This document shows positions 42,704 to 59,189 of a stretch of DNA of 64,000 bases, piece by piece. Source of the DNA: the human T2T-CHM13v2.0 reference genome, Homo sapiens. The notes beneath the pieces are model-generated. The model was not told where the DNA came from, did not search any database, and worked only from the letters and a program-made list of their open reading frames with translations. Where the stretch lies: the NCBI RefSeq assembly GCF_009914755.1, contig NC_060930.1; one strand, 5' to 3'. A program made the position numbers and the translations under genes. The stretch's first letter is position 1. Each line of letters begins with the position of its first letter.

Positions 42704-44783
42704 CAGTGGTTCTCAAAATGTGGTTTATAGACCTCTAGGGGTCCCCGAGACCCTTTTAGGGGTCCTGGGAATCTAAACTCTCTGTAACACTTCTTGGCTT
42801 TTTCACTCTGGTAGTATTTACAGTAATGATGCAAAAGCACTGATAGGTGAAACTGCTGGCACCTTAGCAGGAATCAAGGCAATAGCACCAAAAAATACTA
42901 TATTTTTCACTGATCATATACTCACAGTAAAAATAAATAAATAAATAAATAACCCAGTTTCATTTAAGAATATCCTTAAAGAAGCAGTAACAATTATTTT
43001 GTTAAATCTCAACTTTGAGAACATGTCTTTTGAATATTCTTTGTGATGAAGTGAAAGTACACGTAATAAAACACTTCTGCACTATATCAAATATGAAGGC
43101 TGTCCTGGGGAAAAGCACTTGTACGGTTGTTAGAGTTGCAAGCTGAACTAGCCACTATTTTCACAGAATACCATTTTTACTTGGAAGACTGCTTGACAGA
43201 CAAACTATGGTTATTCAGATTTGGCAGACATTTTCTCACAATGTTTGACAGACATTTTCTTGAAAATGAATGAAATAAGACTGTCATTTCAAGGAAAACA
43301 ACTGACAATATTTGTTGCCAGTGATAAAATTTGAGCAAACAAGTGAAAATTAGAATTTTGGAAAACTTGTTTCTGCCATCATGAGCTTGACAGCTTCCCA
43401 ATTCTTAAACATCTTTCAGATGAGATTGATGGTGATATTAACACATGCAATGTTTTGATAATTGTTTAATTAAATGTGTCAACATTTGGAAGATCTGCAT
43501 AACTCAATGAACCAATACTTTCCAATAACCAATGCTTGCTCTTACAAAATCATACATGACAAAAGATCTACTTAAAGTGCAGGAAAGACTAATGGATTTT
43601 AATATAACAGAATTCAAAAAGTATACTGATACTACTTCAGTTTCTACATTGCAACTAACAGTTTAAAAATGACCTCCTTTCAAGTTAAAATTTTTTAATA
43701 GATTCTATTTTTTAGAACAGTTTTGGGCTTATGGAAAATCAAGACTCTAGTACAGAGAGTTTCCATATACTTCCTAATCTAGTTTCCCCTATTAACATCT
43801 TACATTCATATGGTATATCTGTTACAATTAATGAACCAATATTAATATATTATTATTAACTAAAGTCCATATTTTATTCAGATTTCCCTAGTTTTTACCT
43901 AATGTCCTTTTTCTGTTCCACAATACCACATTACCTTAGCTATGTCTCCTTAGGCTTCTCTTGGCTATGGCAGTTTCTCACAGACTTTTCGTTTTTGATG
44001 ATCTTGACAGTTTTGAGGAGTACTAGTTAGGTATTTGTAAAATGTCTCCCAACTGGGATTTGTCTGATGTTTTCCTTATGATTAGACTGGAATGATGGTC
44101 TTTGGGGAATAGACCACAGAAATCAAGTACTACTTTCATCACATCATGTCAAGGATTCATACTGTCAACATGGCTTATAAATGTTGATGCTAACCTTCAT
44201 CATACTTGTCTGAGATAATGTTTGTCAGGTTTTTTTTTGCCCTAAAGTTATTCTTTCTCCCCCTTTCCACAGTGTACTCGTTGGCAGTAGCTTCTTGTTG
44301 AGTTTTCATGTAGCATCAAAGAATATCCACAATTATCTGATAAGGCTATTAAAATACATTTCCCTCTTTCAACTACATATCCACATAAGGCTAGATTTTC
44401 TTATATACTTCAACCCAAATAACTGAGTTGCAATAGATTGGATGTAAAAATGGATATGAGAATCCAGTTATTTTCTATTAATCCAGATATTAAAGAGATT
44501 TACAAAAATGTAAGACAATGCCATTCTTGTTAGTTATTTTCATTTCAAAAAAACAGAAGTATTTTTTCATAAAAATGTGATTTGTGTTAATTTGATGGGC
44601 TTAATGTAATGGCTTTATCATTGTTGCTTTAAATGAATTAATATTTTAAATTTTTCTCAGTTTTAATTTCTATTACAGTAAACACTGGGAGAAATAACCC
44701 ATATAAGCAAACATTCCTTGGGTTCCTCAATAATTTTTAAAAGTATAAAGGAGTCCTGGAGCCAAAAAGTTTGAGAACTCCTT
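42704..44783. mobile_element. Charlie1-type hAT DNA transposon interrupted by an L1 fragment
   Basis: TIRs cagtggttctcaaa ... tttgagaactcc; internal Charlie transposase-like remnant (ttggcagacattttct...gaatgaa). Confidence 0.8.
43690..44290 (-). mobile_element. L1MB/MC-type 3' end inserted in Charlie
   Basis: ttttagaacagttttggg...tacagagagtttccatatac...gttacaattaatgaaccaatatt. Confidence 0.75.
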
Positions 44784-46957
44784 GCTTTAGGCTTAAACTT
44801 TCATGGACCAAAAATGAAAGAATCCTACCGAAAGAAAATAAGCCAAAGCTAAATTCTAAAGGCTTAATGAGTAAACTGACTAGACCTGAATTTTCCTTGT
44901 TGAGAAATATAATTTTTACACCTGCAGAAAATTTTCCTTAACTGATAACTGCGCTCAAAAGTAACTGTTTGCAAGAGCAGTTTGTTATTTGTGTCTTAAA
45001 AATAATGACAGGTGGCCAGGTGTGTTTGCAAAAAGTCTAGGCAGAAAAATATATCAGTTGATGCATATGCATGGGTGTACGCATTGCTCACTATCAACTT
45101 CTTGTTTATTACCTTTCTTCTTTGGTTTTTAGTACTCAGGAAATGAAAGCCCATCACATAAGTGTATTGGCCTCCATTTTTCTATTAATCTTGATTATAT
45201 CATATTAGTGTATATATCCTTAGACTTATAAGTATACCATATAGTATCCCTTCGGGAGCTGTTAAGTGACATTTCCCTTCTCTTGCTCTTTTTATGCTTT
45301 ATTTAGCTTTATTCCAAGTGAAACCACTGATTGGGAGCTACTTCTGGTTTGTGTCCTGTGCTTCATTCACTCTCAGTAAATATCATACTAAAGGATGAAT
45401 AGCTTTTATCTCTACTACTTGGCCAAGAGTCAAGGCTGATGGTGTTGGGATGCCAACAGTGGTAATTAGCATCAAGGAATAAGGGCATTAATCACCAGAG
45501 CTGAGGCAGCCCAGGAATCTCCTTGGCCTTTTACCTTCCCAGAAGCAAAACCATTTTTATAGCATTGCTGATCTGTGTATGCTCATTTCCCACATTTCCT
45601 GATTTCTGGCCTTGCCGTGTCCAAATAAGGTAGCCAGCCAGCCTGGCCACAGCATAGTGACAGGGAGGACAGAAATGAGATTGCAAAGAGCTTAATAGAG
45701 AATGGGTCAGATTCTTGTAGGGAGGAATATGAATCCATTGTCACAAATGAGCCATAAGTCTTTTGTCTACCTTTCCCCATCCACATTCCTAGTCAATCCT
45801 TAAACTAAAGAGTCATAGTCTTGGTGTTGCCAGGCACCTCAAGGGTCACCTTATCTAACCGTTCAACCAACCCTGAATCCTACAAGACCCCAGGCCTCCA
45901 CTTGCCTTGCAATGCCAAATTGGGGAATGCAGTTAAATATGTGAGAAGAAATATAGGACATGTTCAGATAGGTGCAAAATTTTACCATACACACCTAGAC
46001 CTAGCCTATTTCACGAGTCCTCAGAATGATAAAGAAGGTTTTTGGAATAAAATCCCATAATTGACTTATAATTTGATTTTAAAAAGTAAGATGTACATAA
46101 GTAACTTCTTATATGAATTTATTTTGTTCTGATATTTTATACATAAAAGAAAAAGTGAACTCTCTGTAAGACTGGAGATTGGACTGAGGGATCCATTTTT
46201 GCTAATTGTTGATTGATTATATCTTCCAAAGAAATCACTGTATATCAGGTTAAAAGTTGTTGATTTTTTTTTATATCTTACTATTTAAAGGAAAAAGAAA
46301 TATCTGAAAAAGAAGGTCTGGATTAGAAATTTGAAAACTGTAGCCTCTTAGAATAATTGTGAACGTTTCCATGATGAAAAGGGAGTGAAGAAGGATTAAA
46401 GGAATGAAGAGAACACCTTCCTCCTTTCTTCACTGGCAAATTTTCTGTAATAGGACACATAGTGGGGCTGGACAATCCTGCCCAGCTTCTGTTCCCAAAC
46501 TGAGGCAAGAGCAGCTTCTTAGATGATGCCACTCAGGGCTGCACATTTTAAGCTCTGCAAGCCATGGACTTCTCAGACTCAGCAGACTGAAGCTCCTCTG
46601 CAGGAGAAAACGTGCTTTCATTTTCTGTGAATATATTTATGTCATGTTGTTAGCTGAAATGGTTCAAAAATATTGTCTCTCCTGTAATGGGGAGAAAATG
46701 CCCAAGGATTCCCAGAGGGTCTCAATGGAAGAGTAAGTGTGCCAAAAACTGTATACTTTCAATATGTTCTCCATAATATTATTTTGAGGATTGGATCTAG
46801 TAGTAGACACAAGTCCTCATGTTTGTTTTCAGGTCACTTCTACTCTAGGAAAGTATGAGAAACTAATATTTAATATTTGCCTCAGTCTTTGAGAGGAATA
46901 TGTCATTCATTTGCTGAGACAATAATTAAGAAGTGCAAAGATTAAGAAATACGAATT

Positions 46958-46960
<3 letters not shown>

Positions 46961-47026
<66 letters not shown>
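46961..47026. repeat. (AT)19 directly followed by T28 (Alu tail)
   Basis: Read directly. Confidence 0.95.
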
Positions 47027-47308
47027 GAGAGAGAGGGTCTTGTTCTTTTGCCCAGACTGGAGTTCAGTGGTGTGATCACTGCTCACTGCAACCTCAGCCC
47101 CCCAGGCTCAAGCAATCCTTCCCACCTCAGCCTCCCAAGTAGCTGGGACTACAGGCGTGCACCACCATGCCCAACTGATTTTAGTATTTTTTGTAGAGAC
47201 AGGGTTTTGCCGTGTTGCCCAGGCTGGTCTCGAACTCCTGGCCTCAAGCAATCCACCCTGCCTTAACCTTCCAAAGTGCTGGGATTACAGGCATGAGCCA
47301 CCATGCCC
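46999..47308 (-). mobile_element. AluJ
   Basis: Reverse-complement Alu. Confidence 0.92.
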
Positions 47309-48055
47309 ATGGTCATTAATTTTTTAAAAATAGAATTTGTTTTTAATTTAAAGATAAATTATCTCATTTGACTTTTAGTAGTAAATGTATCAGAGCTCTA
47401 AATAATAATTAAGAATAGCTCTCTAAACAGAAGACCTGTATGAAGAGATTGGTAAAGTGCTGAGAGAAAACAAGTCTAATTCAACCAATTAATATGAATA
47501 TAAAACACTTTAAAAGTACTTGTTTGATTTTTTTAAAAAGCTTTAACACTGATGGTTTTTCTATTGCTTACCTGTCAACTGGCCTGGTTTTTCTTAAACA
47601 GAAATTTTTTTTTAATCAAGTAGTCCTTAAGTGTTTGTTTCCTATCATAGAGTATGATTTGCCATTTTCCATAGTACCTTCTCCCAGATTAGATCAGTTG
47701 ACCCAAAATTAGTAATTATTTATTACATTGCCAATTAGAATATTTAATAAGGTACATTCCATTTTATCACTTTGAAATATATTTTATGGAAAAAAGTTTA
47801 GAAATTGTTAGAATATGCTATTTTTGTTTTTTAAAATGGCTTGGTGAAGATATTATTGAGTCAGGCAAAAGATTTTGAGAAAAAACTAGAAAGGAGCAAA
47901 GGAGCCATAATATCTTAAGAATTATAAGATTTTCACATATTTTAGGGTTAAATATTACTTCATTCTTTTCTCTTTTATTGTTAATCAAGAAATATATGCT
48001 ATGTAAGATCCAGCCCTCCAAGATTACTACATTGACTTTGGTCAGCAACTATTTC

Positions 48056-48414
<359 letters not shown>

Positions 48415-48554
48415 TAAGAAGTTTCTCTCAAAGAGTTTACAGTTTAATAAAGGAAATAACATAAGCCAAATATTATACAGCGAAGCAGAGTAGAAAGAGG
48501 CCCAACTGAGTCAGGAGATAACAATTCCAGTCATTAACTCAAATACTGTTTAGC

Positions 48555-48730
48555 TGACACTGGGCGCTGTGGCACACACTTGTAGTCTCAGCTACTTGGG
48601 AGGCTGGGGCAGGAGGATCTCTTGAGTACAGGAGTTCTTGGCTGTCCTGTGCTATGATCATGTCTGAGGATAGTCAAGGCACTCCAGCCGGGGCAACATA
48701 GCAAGACTCTGACTACCCCCACCAAAAAAA
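48555..48730 (+). mobile_element. FAM/FRAM-type Alu monomer inside a MIR
   Basis: Monomeric 7SL-derived sequence; TSD-like aaatactgttt/agatactattt. Confidence 0.75.
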
Positions 48731-49910
48731 GATACTATTTTGCTGAGTTGCCTTAGGCAGATCACTTAACCACTTCACCATTCTGGGTCTAAGTTCCTCA
48801 CTTGTGAAATGCATGATGTGATCAGCACATTTCTGTCATTCCTTTTATTTTATTTCATTTTATTTTTATACCATCAGTTTTGATGAATACTGATCTGTCA
48901 TTCCTTTTAGCTGTAACAGTCTCCTTTAAAGAGCAGTGCTCACTAGTTAACTACATAATATGAGTGTATCAGGAGTTCAAAGTAAGGATGCTAAGGGTTG
49001 GAAAGGCTCCAACAAGATATGAGATTTAAAGAGGAAATTGACCTTGACCTGGAAAGGTGAGCAGAATTTAGATGAGTGGAGTAAAAGTATTTCAACCATA
49101 ATCAGAAGCCAAGCATCACGTGTTTCAGGAGGACAGACTGATGCCTAATGAGAGCAGAGTGCATGTTGGGGAGGAAAAGGAAATAAAGATGAAACAGATC
49201 TCGGACAGATTCTACCATCAAAATCAGGCAGAGAAATAGTCTTCTTACTGTAATCCAGAAAGAGTCATTTTAGGTTTTGAGCAGGAATGTGGTACCTAGA
49301 GTAATGTTTTAGGAAGATTAACAGGTCAGTATACTCTGGGAGAGGTTGTAACTTTCACCAACATGTCCAGTGGACCAGCAAGTAGTGTCTCCTCTTGGGA
49401 AGATCCTTCTTTCCAGAAGGAAACTTGGTTAAATAAACTAACATGCTAGATATTTGTTTGTTCCCTTATGCAGGGTAACAGACACAGTCCTACCCTTTTA
49501 ATATTTTACTCACACTTCTCCCTAATCATCCACCAAATATTTATAGAGTACTTAATAGAAGGCTGTCATATTTCTAGGAACTGTAGTGGGTACCAAGATG
49601 TGAGTAAGAGTCTCCACTTTTATGGAGTCTTAATTTAGAAGAGAAAATGAGGTCAGTACATAGATCACTAGAATGTGAGGCAGATTATAATTAGTACTAC
49701 AGGATCAGTATGACCAGAATGCTATGGATGATCGGAGTGGAACTGGGCCTTGAAGGCTGGAGGGTTGGAGATTCTGTTGGTGCAAAGGTTGGGGGGAGTA
49801 TGAGGCAGTAGCTGTTTGGTTTTTCCTAAGCAAAGGAAATCATGAGGGGCATCTTTATCATCTCTTCCTTCTCTGAAGTTTTATGTTTCTGGGGAAAACA
49901 CAAGAGTTGG

Positions 49911-50212
49911 GGCTGGGCGCAGTGGCTCACGCCTGTAATCCTAGCACTTTGGGAGGCCGAGGTGGGCAGGGCAGATTGCCTGAGCTCAGGAGTTCGAGAC
50001 CAGCCTGGCCAACATGGTGAAACCCCATCTCTACTGAAATACCAAAAAAAAAAAAAAATTAGCTGAGTGTGATGGCGCACATCTATAATCTCAGCTACTC
50101 GGGAGGCTGAGGCATGAGAATCACTTGTACCCAGGAGGCCAAGATTGCGCCATTGCACTCCAGCCTGGGTGACAGAGCGAGACTCTGTCTCCAGAAACAA
50201 ACAAACAAAAAA
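49911..50212 (+). mobile_element. AluS with right-arm deletion
   Basis: Alu consensus; TSD-like gagttgg. Confidence 0.93.
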
Positions 50213-51418
50213 CCGGAGTTGGCAATTACAGAGTATATTCAGAGAACTACAGACTCAGAAAGGTTCTACTTCCATTTATGTCAGAGTAGCTCCTATTTGA
50301 TCAAATTACCTATTGATCACCTCTGCAAACTCTGGACAAAATCTGAAAAATAACTATCCAGAAGGCACTGCTTATCAAAAGCAGGGAGAAAGTAGAGCAC
50401 AGCCAACACTTGGAAGAAAGGATTGATACTGGTGAGTTTCTCATTTTTATAGTTTTTCTCCTGAGGGCAGATCACAGTTAGTCTTATACGGATGTCTAAA
50501 ACTCAGTAGAAACCTGCTGTTTTTAGCTCGAAGAACCAGAGAAGAGCAAATCAGTGACCATAACAGCTGGAAAGTATAAGGAGAAATCTGGGAAAGGAGA
50601 GAACCACAGAGGAATAGCCTGAAATTTTTCCTGTAAACTCTGCCCAAATCTTGGGCTGACCTGTGAAATATACATACACAGCAAATGCTAAAATAACTGA
50701 ACGGAGATTTTCGCTGCTACGCATCATGGAGGAGACAGAGTTTGGAGCTTGAGGCTAACCAAGTTAATTACCTGCTAACATAGCAACAACAACAAAAAAT
50801 CAATATACTTAAGAATCCCAAGTCTCCACGACATACCATATACAGTGTCCAGAATACAGTCCCAAGTTACCATGCCCCTCATCAGGGTACATGGCTGGAC
50901 AGAGTATGGACTGGATTTCAGCTCCTAATTGCTGCCTCGAGGAGGGGCATGAACCAGGTATACTTGAGAGATTGCACGAAACAAGATAAATAGAAGAGAA
51001 ATCAGAGGATAGGGCATGGAGGAGGTCAGGGACGAGGACAAGCCACCTAGGGCTCCAACGGTTTCAGTCTGAATAACCAGAGAAATGGCAGGACCCTTAA
51101 CAGACAAACCAAAATGCTACAGGTAGGAGAACGGGGCTTACAAACAGTTGGAAATTTAGGACTGAAGATAAAGATGTAGAGGTCATTTATAAAGGTGTGT
51201 TAGTTTGGAGCCTAAAGGAGTCAATGACATCATCTGAACTGACATAGAAAAAGGAAGAGATGAGGGTGTGGGTGGGGTTGAAAAGTATGTTTTCACTAGA
51301 GTCAATGGAAGGAAACAGAGCCAGAGGACTAGTATAGTTTAATCAAAGGCACAGGAGAAACTATACACGTTCCTCACCATTTTACTGAAGACTTTTAAAA
51401 CATAGAATTAATTTACTA

Positions 51419-51752
<334 letters not shown>

Positions 51753-54700
51753 TTAGGGTTTGGATGTTACTTTGTAGAAAATCTTAATATAGTAAGCCAC
51801 TGTCATAAGTTTATTAATTACCTAATCTTACTGCTTTTTAGCCTTAGCATATGTGAAAAACTGTAAGTTGTAAATTACTATACACATTTACATGGGAATA
51901 TAAAAATTATCTTGCATACATGTTTGTACTGTCAATTTCTTTCCTGAACTTTCTGCATTGTCTCCCTATCATGTCCTATATAAATCCAAATAGTTACATA
52001 GTCACATCATCCGAACTGCAGCCTTTGCAATGCACTTCTTAATCTCCCCCTTCACTGCTTTATTAAAGCCAACGATGCTTTGTCTTTCTCAGGCTACTTC
52101 TTTATGCCAAATTCCATTCAATTTCGTGTTCATGAAATAGATTTCTACTTCCCTACACTGGGCTATTTCCCTCTGTTGAAAACCCACCTTCTCTAAGAAT
52201 ATCTCTCTCTACTGACGGATGCTCAGTACATACTTGGTAACTAACAAAATCAAAAGAGGCACTGCTGTTTATTATCTGAAGTTCTTACTGACATTTTATT
52301 TCCCTGATTCTCTTTTGCCTCCTGTTTAACTGAAAGCAGATGAAATAAGCTTTAAGCAGAAATAGAATAATTTTAGCATGGATTTATTTATGTCTTATCT
52401 GATTCCAAAAAGTATTTTATATGTGTGTACAGATACACACACACAACCATATACACACAGAATTAAATTTTTTAAAAATCAGGACAAAGGGAAAATAATG
52501 AATACTTAAGCTGAAAGACAGAAAAGTTAATATACATAAATCTACGTCATAAACTTCTACATAGTTCTTAAAATCAAACAATTAAGTCAACACTCAGCCT
52601 TCTATCAGCCAAAGAGGGGAAAAGATATTCAGTAAGTTAGAAGATAAAAACAAACCAGTTACTCAGAAGTGATGATTTTTACTGGCACTTGTACCTTTCA
52701 TAAATGGACTTCTGAAAGATGCCAGGAGACATTTCCTCAGCACCATTCCTGCTGCCGACATATGCTTGTATCTGATAGATTCTTATATCCAAGCTGAAAA
52801 CATAATGACAAAGTAAAGTTTAATGAAACTATGCTATAAGGGCAAAAATAGTACTTTACAGCTGAGCTTTTCTCTTTATTTATCTGGCTTGATCCAGAAA
52901 AAATAGTTCTAAATGTTTAGAGATTGAATAGATGCATGTTATTCCGGCCTTTCATGGATGTTTTTATCTTTTAATAAAATTTGGGCAGCAGATAATTCAA
53001 GGTTGTCTTTTGGCAAGAAGATGAAGTGAATAATTCTGTTAGTCTTACTCATAGTTTGAAGGGCTTGGCCCTTTATTCCAGCAGCACGGGGAGATATTCA
53101 GTCTTGCCCTGATTCACTTTTTAATATCTTTTGAATATGAATTAGAATTTTTAACTGAGTATTTCCATGATTTGGAAAGCAGAAGAGTGGGAGGAAGAAA
53201 GCAACTCTTCAATATCCACTTCTTTTCCAGCTCTGATTAAGCTTTTCAAATATCCAAGCCTGAGAGAGTTCCATTTCTTTCCAATGGACTCTCACAAAGA
53301 AAGCAAAACAAACAAAAACAACAGCAAAAAGCAAAACAAAAGTAACAAAACCTCTGCATTTACAAGACTTTAACGTGTTCAGAAGTTACAGTTCTCAAAT
53401 TTAAAATAACTTCTTAGCTATTCTAAAGCCTTTTCTCCTTTTTCATTTTGGGATCCTAAATATCTCTTTTTGTGCCACTTAGCTCTGATTTCCAAAGGAA
53501 AAAGTTAACACTGGTTCACCTTTCATGTCACATGCACATGCAAGACTGGTGTCAGAGAGTCTAGAACCTGACCTTGCACTATGCAGCTCATCTTTCCCAT
53601 TTCTTCTGGGTAGATCTCAAAGCCAGACAAATGTACAAGTCTTTCCTCCCAAGGAGATGTAGCAAATACTGCCCTCTACTGAGGGTACAATCAGGATGGC
53701 TTGATTATGTTAATGATTAAGTACTGATTTCAATGATTATGGTAGAATAATGCTGGTACTAATTACTTCATCATTATTATATACTTTCTTATTAAAATCA
53801 TTATATTCAGAAAGAGAATACAAAAGTGGTGGAAACATATTTCAGCCTTGGCCACATTCACTTATTATGTTCTGTAGTCTGGACAATCAGATATCACAGC
53901 ACTATGTCTGAGGCATTCATGATAATGTTTAAACTTCCTTCTGTTTTGAACTAGCTAAGAAAATACCTTTTCCAGTGGGAAATTAGAAGGAGTTATTACA
54001 ACATTATTTTAACAAAGGAGCTTGTGAAATAATTCTAGCAACAGTTGGGCTATTTTTCTTCCCCTTGCCAGTATTTTTTTTTTTGTATCTACTGGATTGC
54101 TAATATTCAGAGTAATTTCACAGGACTAGCTATTAATGCAGTTACAATAAATTTTTTCTTTGTTCTTTATGACTTTAAAGGGTGAATTGTACATGTTTAA
54201 CAGTACAGGATCATGTTAAAGTAAATGCCTTTTAACAAAAAGCTTCTCAAAAATATTAAACTAACCAATCAAATAATTATACACACACACACACACACAG
54301 AGAGAGACATACATTTGTAACGGCATGTTTTTAAAAAATGTTATATTATCTGTGTTCCTGGATCTGGAAAGTATGGGTTCTTTTATTAGGCTAAATGCTT
54401 ACTGTAATGTACTATCCAGCTCACTTGTGCTGTTCCTGTTTTTCTAGAACAGGGTTTGCTTAGGATTGGCCTGAAGCTAAACAAATCTTAGCAAGGGAGC
54501 CGTGAGAATCAAAACCTAGTGATCCGAAGTGTTCCCACAGCATCTGATAAACTCCAAAGCTTAAACCTCTGGTTTCTTTAATTCAGAAACCTTAGATACT
54601 GTGAGAACTAGGAGGAGAGTCGAGCCAGGCTAAATCGTCTGGTGGTGAAGATAGCTTCCAGAACATGGTGAGCCAAGGTGTGTGAAGACCCATTTCCTCC

Positions 54701-55156
54701 AGCCTCACAAACCAAAGCAGCAGCCTTGTTCTTCACAGACTCCCTCTGCCTTCTGACTGCCCCTCACACTACAGTTAAGCTGAAAACTTAAGCTGAATAA
54801 AGAAGCTAGGCAAGACTTTCTAACTCTAGAAATATGGAGGGTCTTTCTGAGTGGGGGCTCTGAGCTACACTAGCTCATTTGCTGTTGTTAATTCTGTTGT
54901 ACGGTCGAACCCAGTTTATCCCATTTCCAAAAGGAGCAACTTGACTTCTCCTAGATTTTAGATGTCTACCAAACAACAGATACCAGGTAATTAGCAAGGT
55001 ATAGTCTGGTTCATTCAGTCCCAGGTGGTTAGTACAACCCATTCCACTAATTTTTACCATGTCGTGGATATGCTTTTGCAGTTGTTATGTATTGTCTTGG
55101 AGTTGTATTGATGCTTACATTTAGCGATGCTCATTAATGATGATGATGCTAATTAG

Positions 55157-55564
<408 letters not shown>

Positions 55565-56040
55565 TAGATCTGATTCGATAGACCTGACTTGATGTGGCTT
55601 GTGTCTTGAGAAAATTGTCAGTTTCAGGATCCCCAGAATTAGACATCTCCAGAATTTGGAGATCTCTTTATTACATACACAAAGCTGGTCAAGTAGAGTA
55701 GAGGAGTGTACCCTCCTCTAGTTTGTCACATTGATTTTTTTGTTAAGTCATTGTTTCTACAAGCAAAATATGCCCCCCCCACCCCGCAAAAAAATACTGT
55801 ATTAACCATTAAAAGGGGATGAGAATTTAGCAAAAATCTGGCAGATTTAGGTAGAACCAACCTCCTGCCATTGAGACTGTGTAAATCAAATGGCAAAACT
55901 TTCCCTCAGCACTCCAAAGAACACCCTGAGAAGCAGAATGTGTTAAGAATTGGTGATATTTTCTAGAATGGTGAGATATTTCCCAGCTGGGTGTTTGGAC
56001 TTCATATTCGTGAGATTTCTCATATTGAGGTGCCATATGA

Positions 56041-56566
<526 letters not shown>

Positions 56567-58079
56567 TAAGATATGAAGTATTGTCATTGCCATGTAAATA
56601 AAGTAAGATACCACGCATGTTTGTTTAATGAACAGCTATCAGCGTATTCCTACAAAGGGTTTATAAGGAGGAGTCTATACAGATAAAGAGTAACCCTTAG
56701 GACCGTATAATCTAGATAGAGCTTGAAATCATAATCGTCCTACTTCAGCTGAAATAATGGTAGCAGAGCAGAGCATTAGTGAGGCAGAGGAAAAAGAAAC
56801 TCCAGCTGACAGCTCATTTGGGTATACTGAAGTGGATCATTGTAGGGCAGAAGGTGGTCTGATGGTAATGCTCGTGCATTTCACATTGGTGTGGCATTGA
56901 GAAAATTCCCACTTCTGGCACCAGGGTCGATACCAAAGCAGACAACTGGACCATTTCACATATAGGAGAAAAAAGACAGCAAGCAAGCTCTTTATTTTTA
57001 AGTTTGTTAGAGAAACTGGGCTACATATAATCAAGCTGTATACTCTTGGTAATTAAGGGAAACAAATACTCTTTGCAAAGTCATTATAGATTTAAAGTTC
57101 TTTAAGTTTTCATCAGGTTTCCACAGAAACAAAGAGTTTGAAACAATAGTGGAGAATGCACAAACCATCGAGTAAGTGGATTTTAATTGTTCCTGTTAAG
57201 AAAATTATTCAGATAACCAGCCACATCAAAGACTATTAAACTTTTTAATTGCTCAGGTGGAAAGATGGAGAATGTCATCATTATCTATCATAAGAAGAAT
57301 CAGCCTTAGATAATCCTACTTGAATTTTGAGTTAGAATAACATACTCAAGGATGCTACTAACTGAAGTGCCATTTAGTACTCAAAAGTAATCATATGCTT
57401 TAATTATTCATAGGGCACAATGCATGAATTCACAATACTAATTATGGTTTCAAAAAGTGTATTATGCTATGGTTTAGTTACATAGGAGGATCAACTAATG
57501 CAAAACAAAAGTATAAATATTTGCAACTGCCATAGATATACTGTGCATGTAATTTAGTTGTTTGTTAGTGTGGTCAAAGGAGTAGAGAAATGTCTTTTCC
57601 CTGTGTTTTGCAAAGTTCTTGTAGGATTTAATACAGTGCCTCATATTTATTAAGCATTCAATAGTTATAATTGATTTTGAAGACTTGGTGATAGTGTCTT
57701 TATTTATTCATTAATTGTGTGTTATGCAAAACTCTGTTCCCTAGTCTGTGCTAGGTGCTGGGGACACTGAGGTGAATAGAACTCCCTGTCTTGTACAATG
57801 ACGTAAATGAGTGTGGCAACAGCAAATGTAAATGGCATTGTAGCTCCTCAAGGTCTTTAGTATATGCTTTGTGTTGAATATTTTACATATTCATGATGTA
57901 TTGTAATATTAGGGAAGATGCAGGGGATGAAATAGCTGAAAAATAACGCACAGTAAATATACTTTGGAATTAATAAAAATCTTTAATGTTGTTTTTCTAC
58001 ATCATTATTTTGGTTTGACTCTTTTCTGTCATTATTTTGCTTCTTTCTCCTTTGGAAAATACTGACAAATCTAAAAAAA

Positions 58080-58960
58080 ATGAAGATTATTAAACATACC
58101 TCTAAGTCTTTCACTCCAACCATTTAGAAATAACAAGTAACATTTTAAATATATTTACTTATGCTTTTTTCTGCATATATATTTTGAGCAAAACAAACAT
58201 ATAATTTTGCATTATGCTTTTTCACTTAGTTTTTTTTATCATGGCATGTTTCCATATCATAAAATATTTTTCATGGACACCATTATTTGTTGGCAACATA
58301 TTATTTTATTACATCAATGTGCCTTAATTTATTGAACCATTCTTCTGTTATCAGATATTAAAGTTGCTTTTTGGTGACATAGTTATAATCTTATGTATAA
58401 CCTTCGGTTGAATTTCTGATCACTTTCTCCTGATTGATTTCTAGAAGTGAAATGATGGGTGTAAGTTTATAACTTTTTTTTAGGGCTCTTACTACAACCC
58501 ATCAAACTGTTTTCAGGAACAACTAAACTGATTTGCTCTTCCAGCAGCGATGGATGCTGCATTACATGTTTGCCGGCATCAAATTGCATAATTTATTTTT
58601 CTTTGCCAAATTGCTATTTGAAAAATGATATAACATTCTTATTTCTTTGAAATAAGAATTTCTTTATTACTACTGAGCTTGACTATTTTTTCATTTGTTT
58701 ATTAGCCTCTTTTACTTACTATATTCTTTGCTCCATGAATTGTCTATTCAAATTCTATATTCATTTTTTTTCTGTTGCAATGCTGTTACAATTTTAGTTT
58801 TATTGTAGTCAATCCTTGTCTCACTTAATTCCTTTTTCATATCAGTTTGCTCTCTCCCTGCATTTCTCTGCTTGTATTTGATTGGGTCCATGTCTTGTAT
58901 TCTAAAACGATACCACAAAATTTACCAACTTTTTCCTTCTAGTTCTTGTATACAGTAAAT
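58080..58960 (-). mobile_element. Ancient L1ME fragment
   Basis: tgctttttcacttag, atttattgaaccattc and atttctagaagtgaaatg motifs. Confidence 0.6.
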
Positions 58961-59189
58961 CATAAGTTTTATTTCTGGAAATAAGTTTTATATTACACCA
59001 TAAAAATTCCAAAATTGATTATAAAAATAAATGAACATAAAATAAATGATGATATATGTGTTTAAATATACTTATCAATTATGCAAAACTAATTCTTAAC
59101 TATAAAAGCTGGATCATATTTTTCTGCAGGGGCTGGACTTGCTAATGACTTAAAAGCTTTCACTAGTAAATCTCTGTAGCAAGTATAGT

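Noticed and set aside
48881-48893. TGATGA and CTGA as box C/D snoRNA motifs
   Set aside because: Only 3 nt separate the boxes, far too short for a snoRNA.
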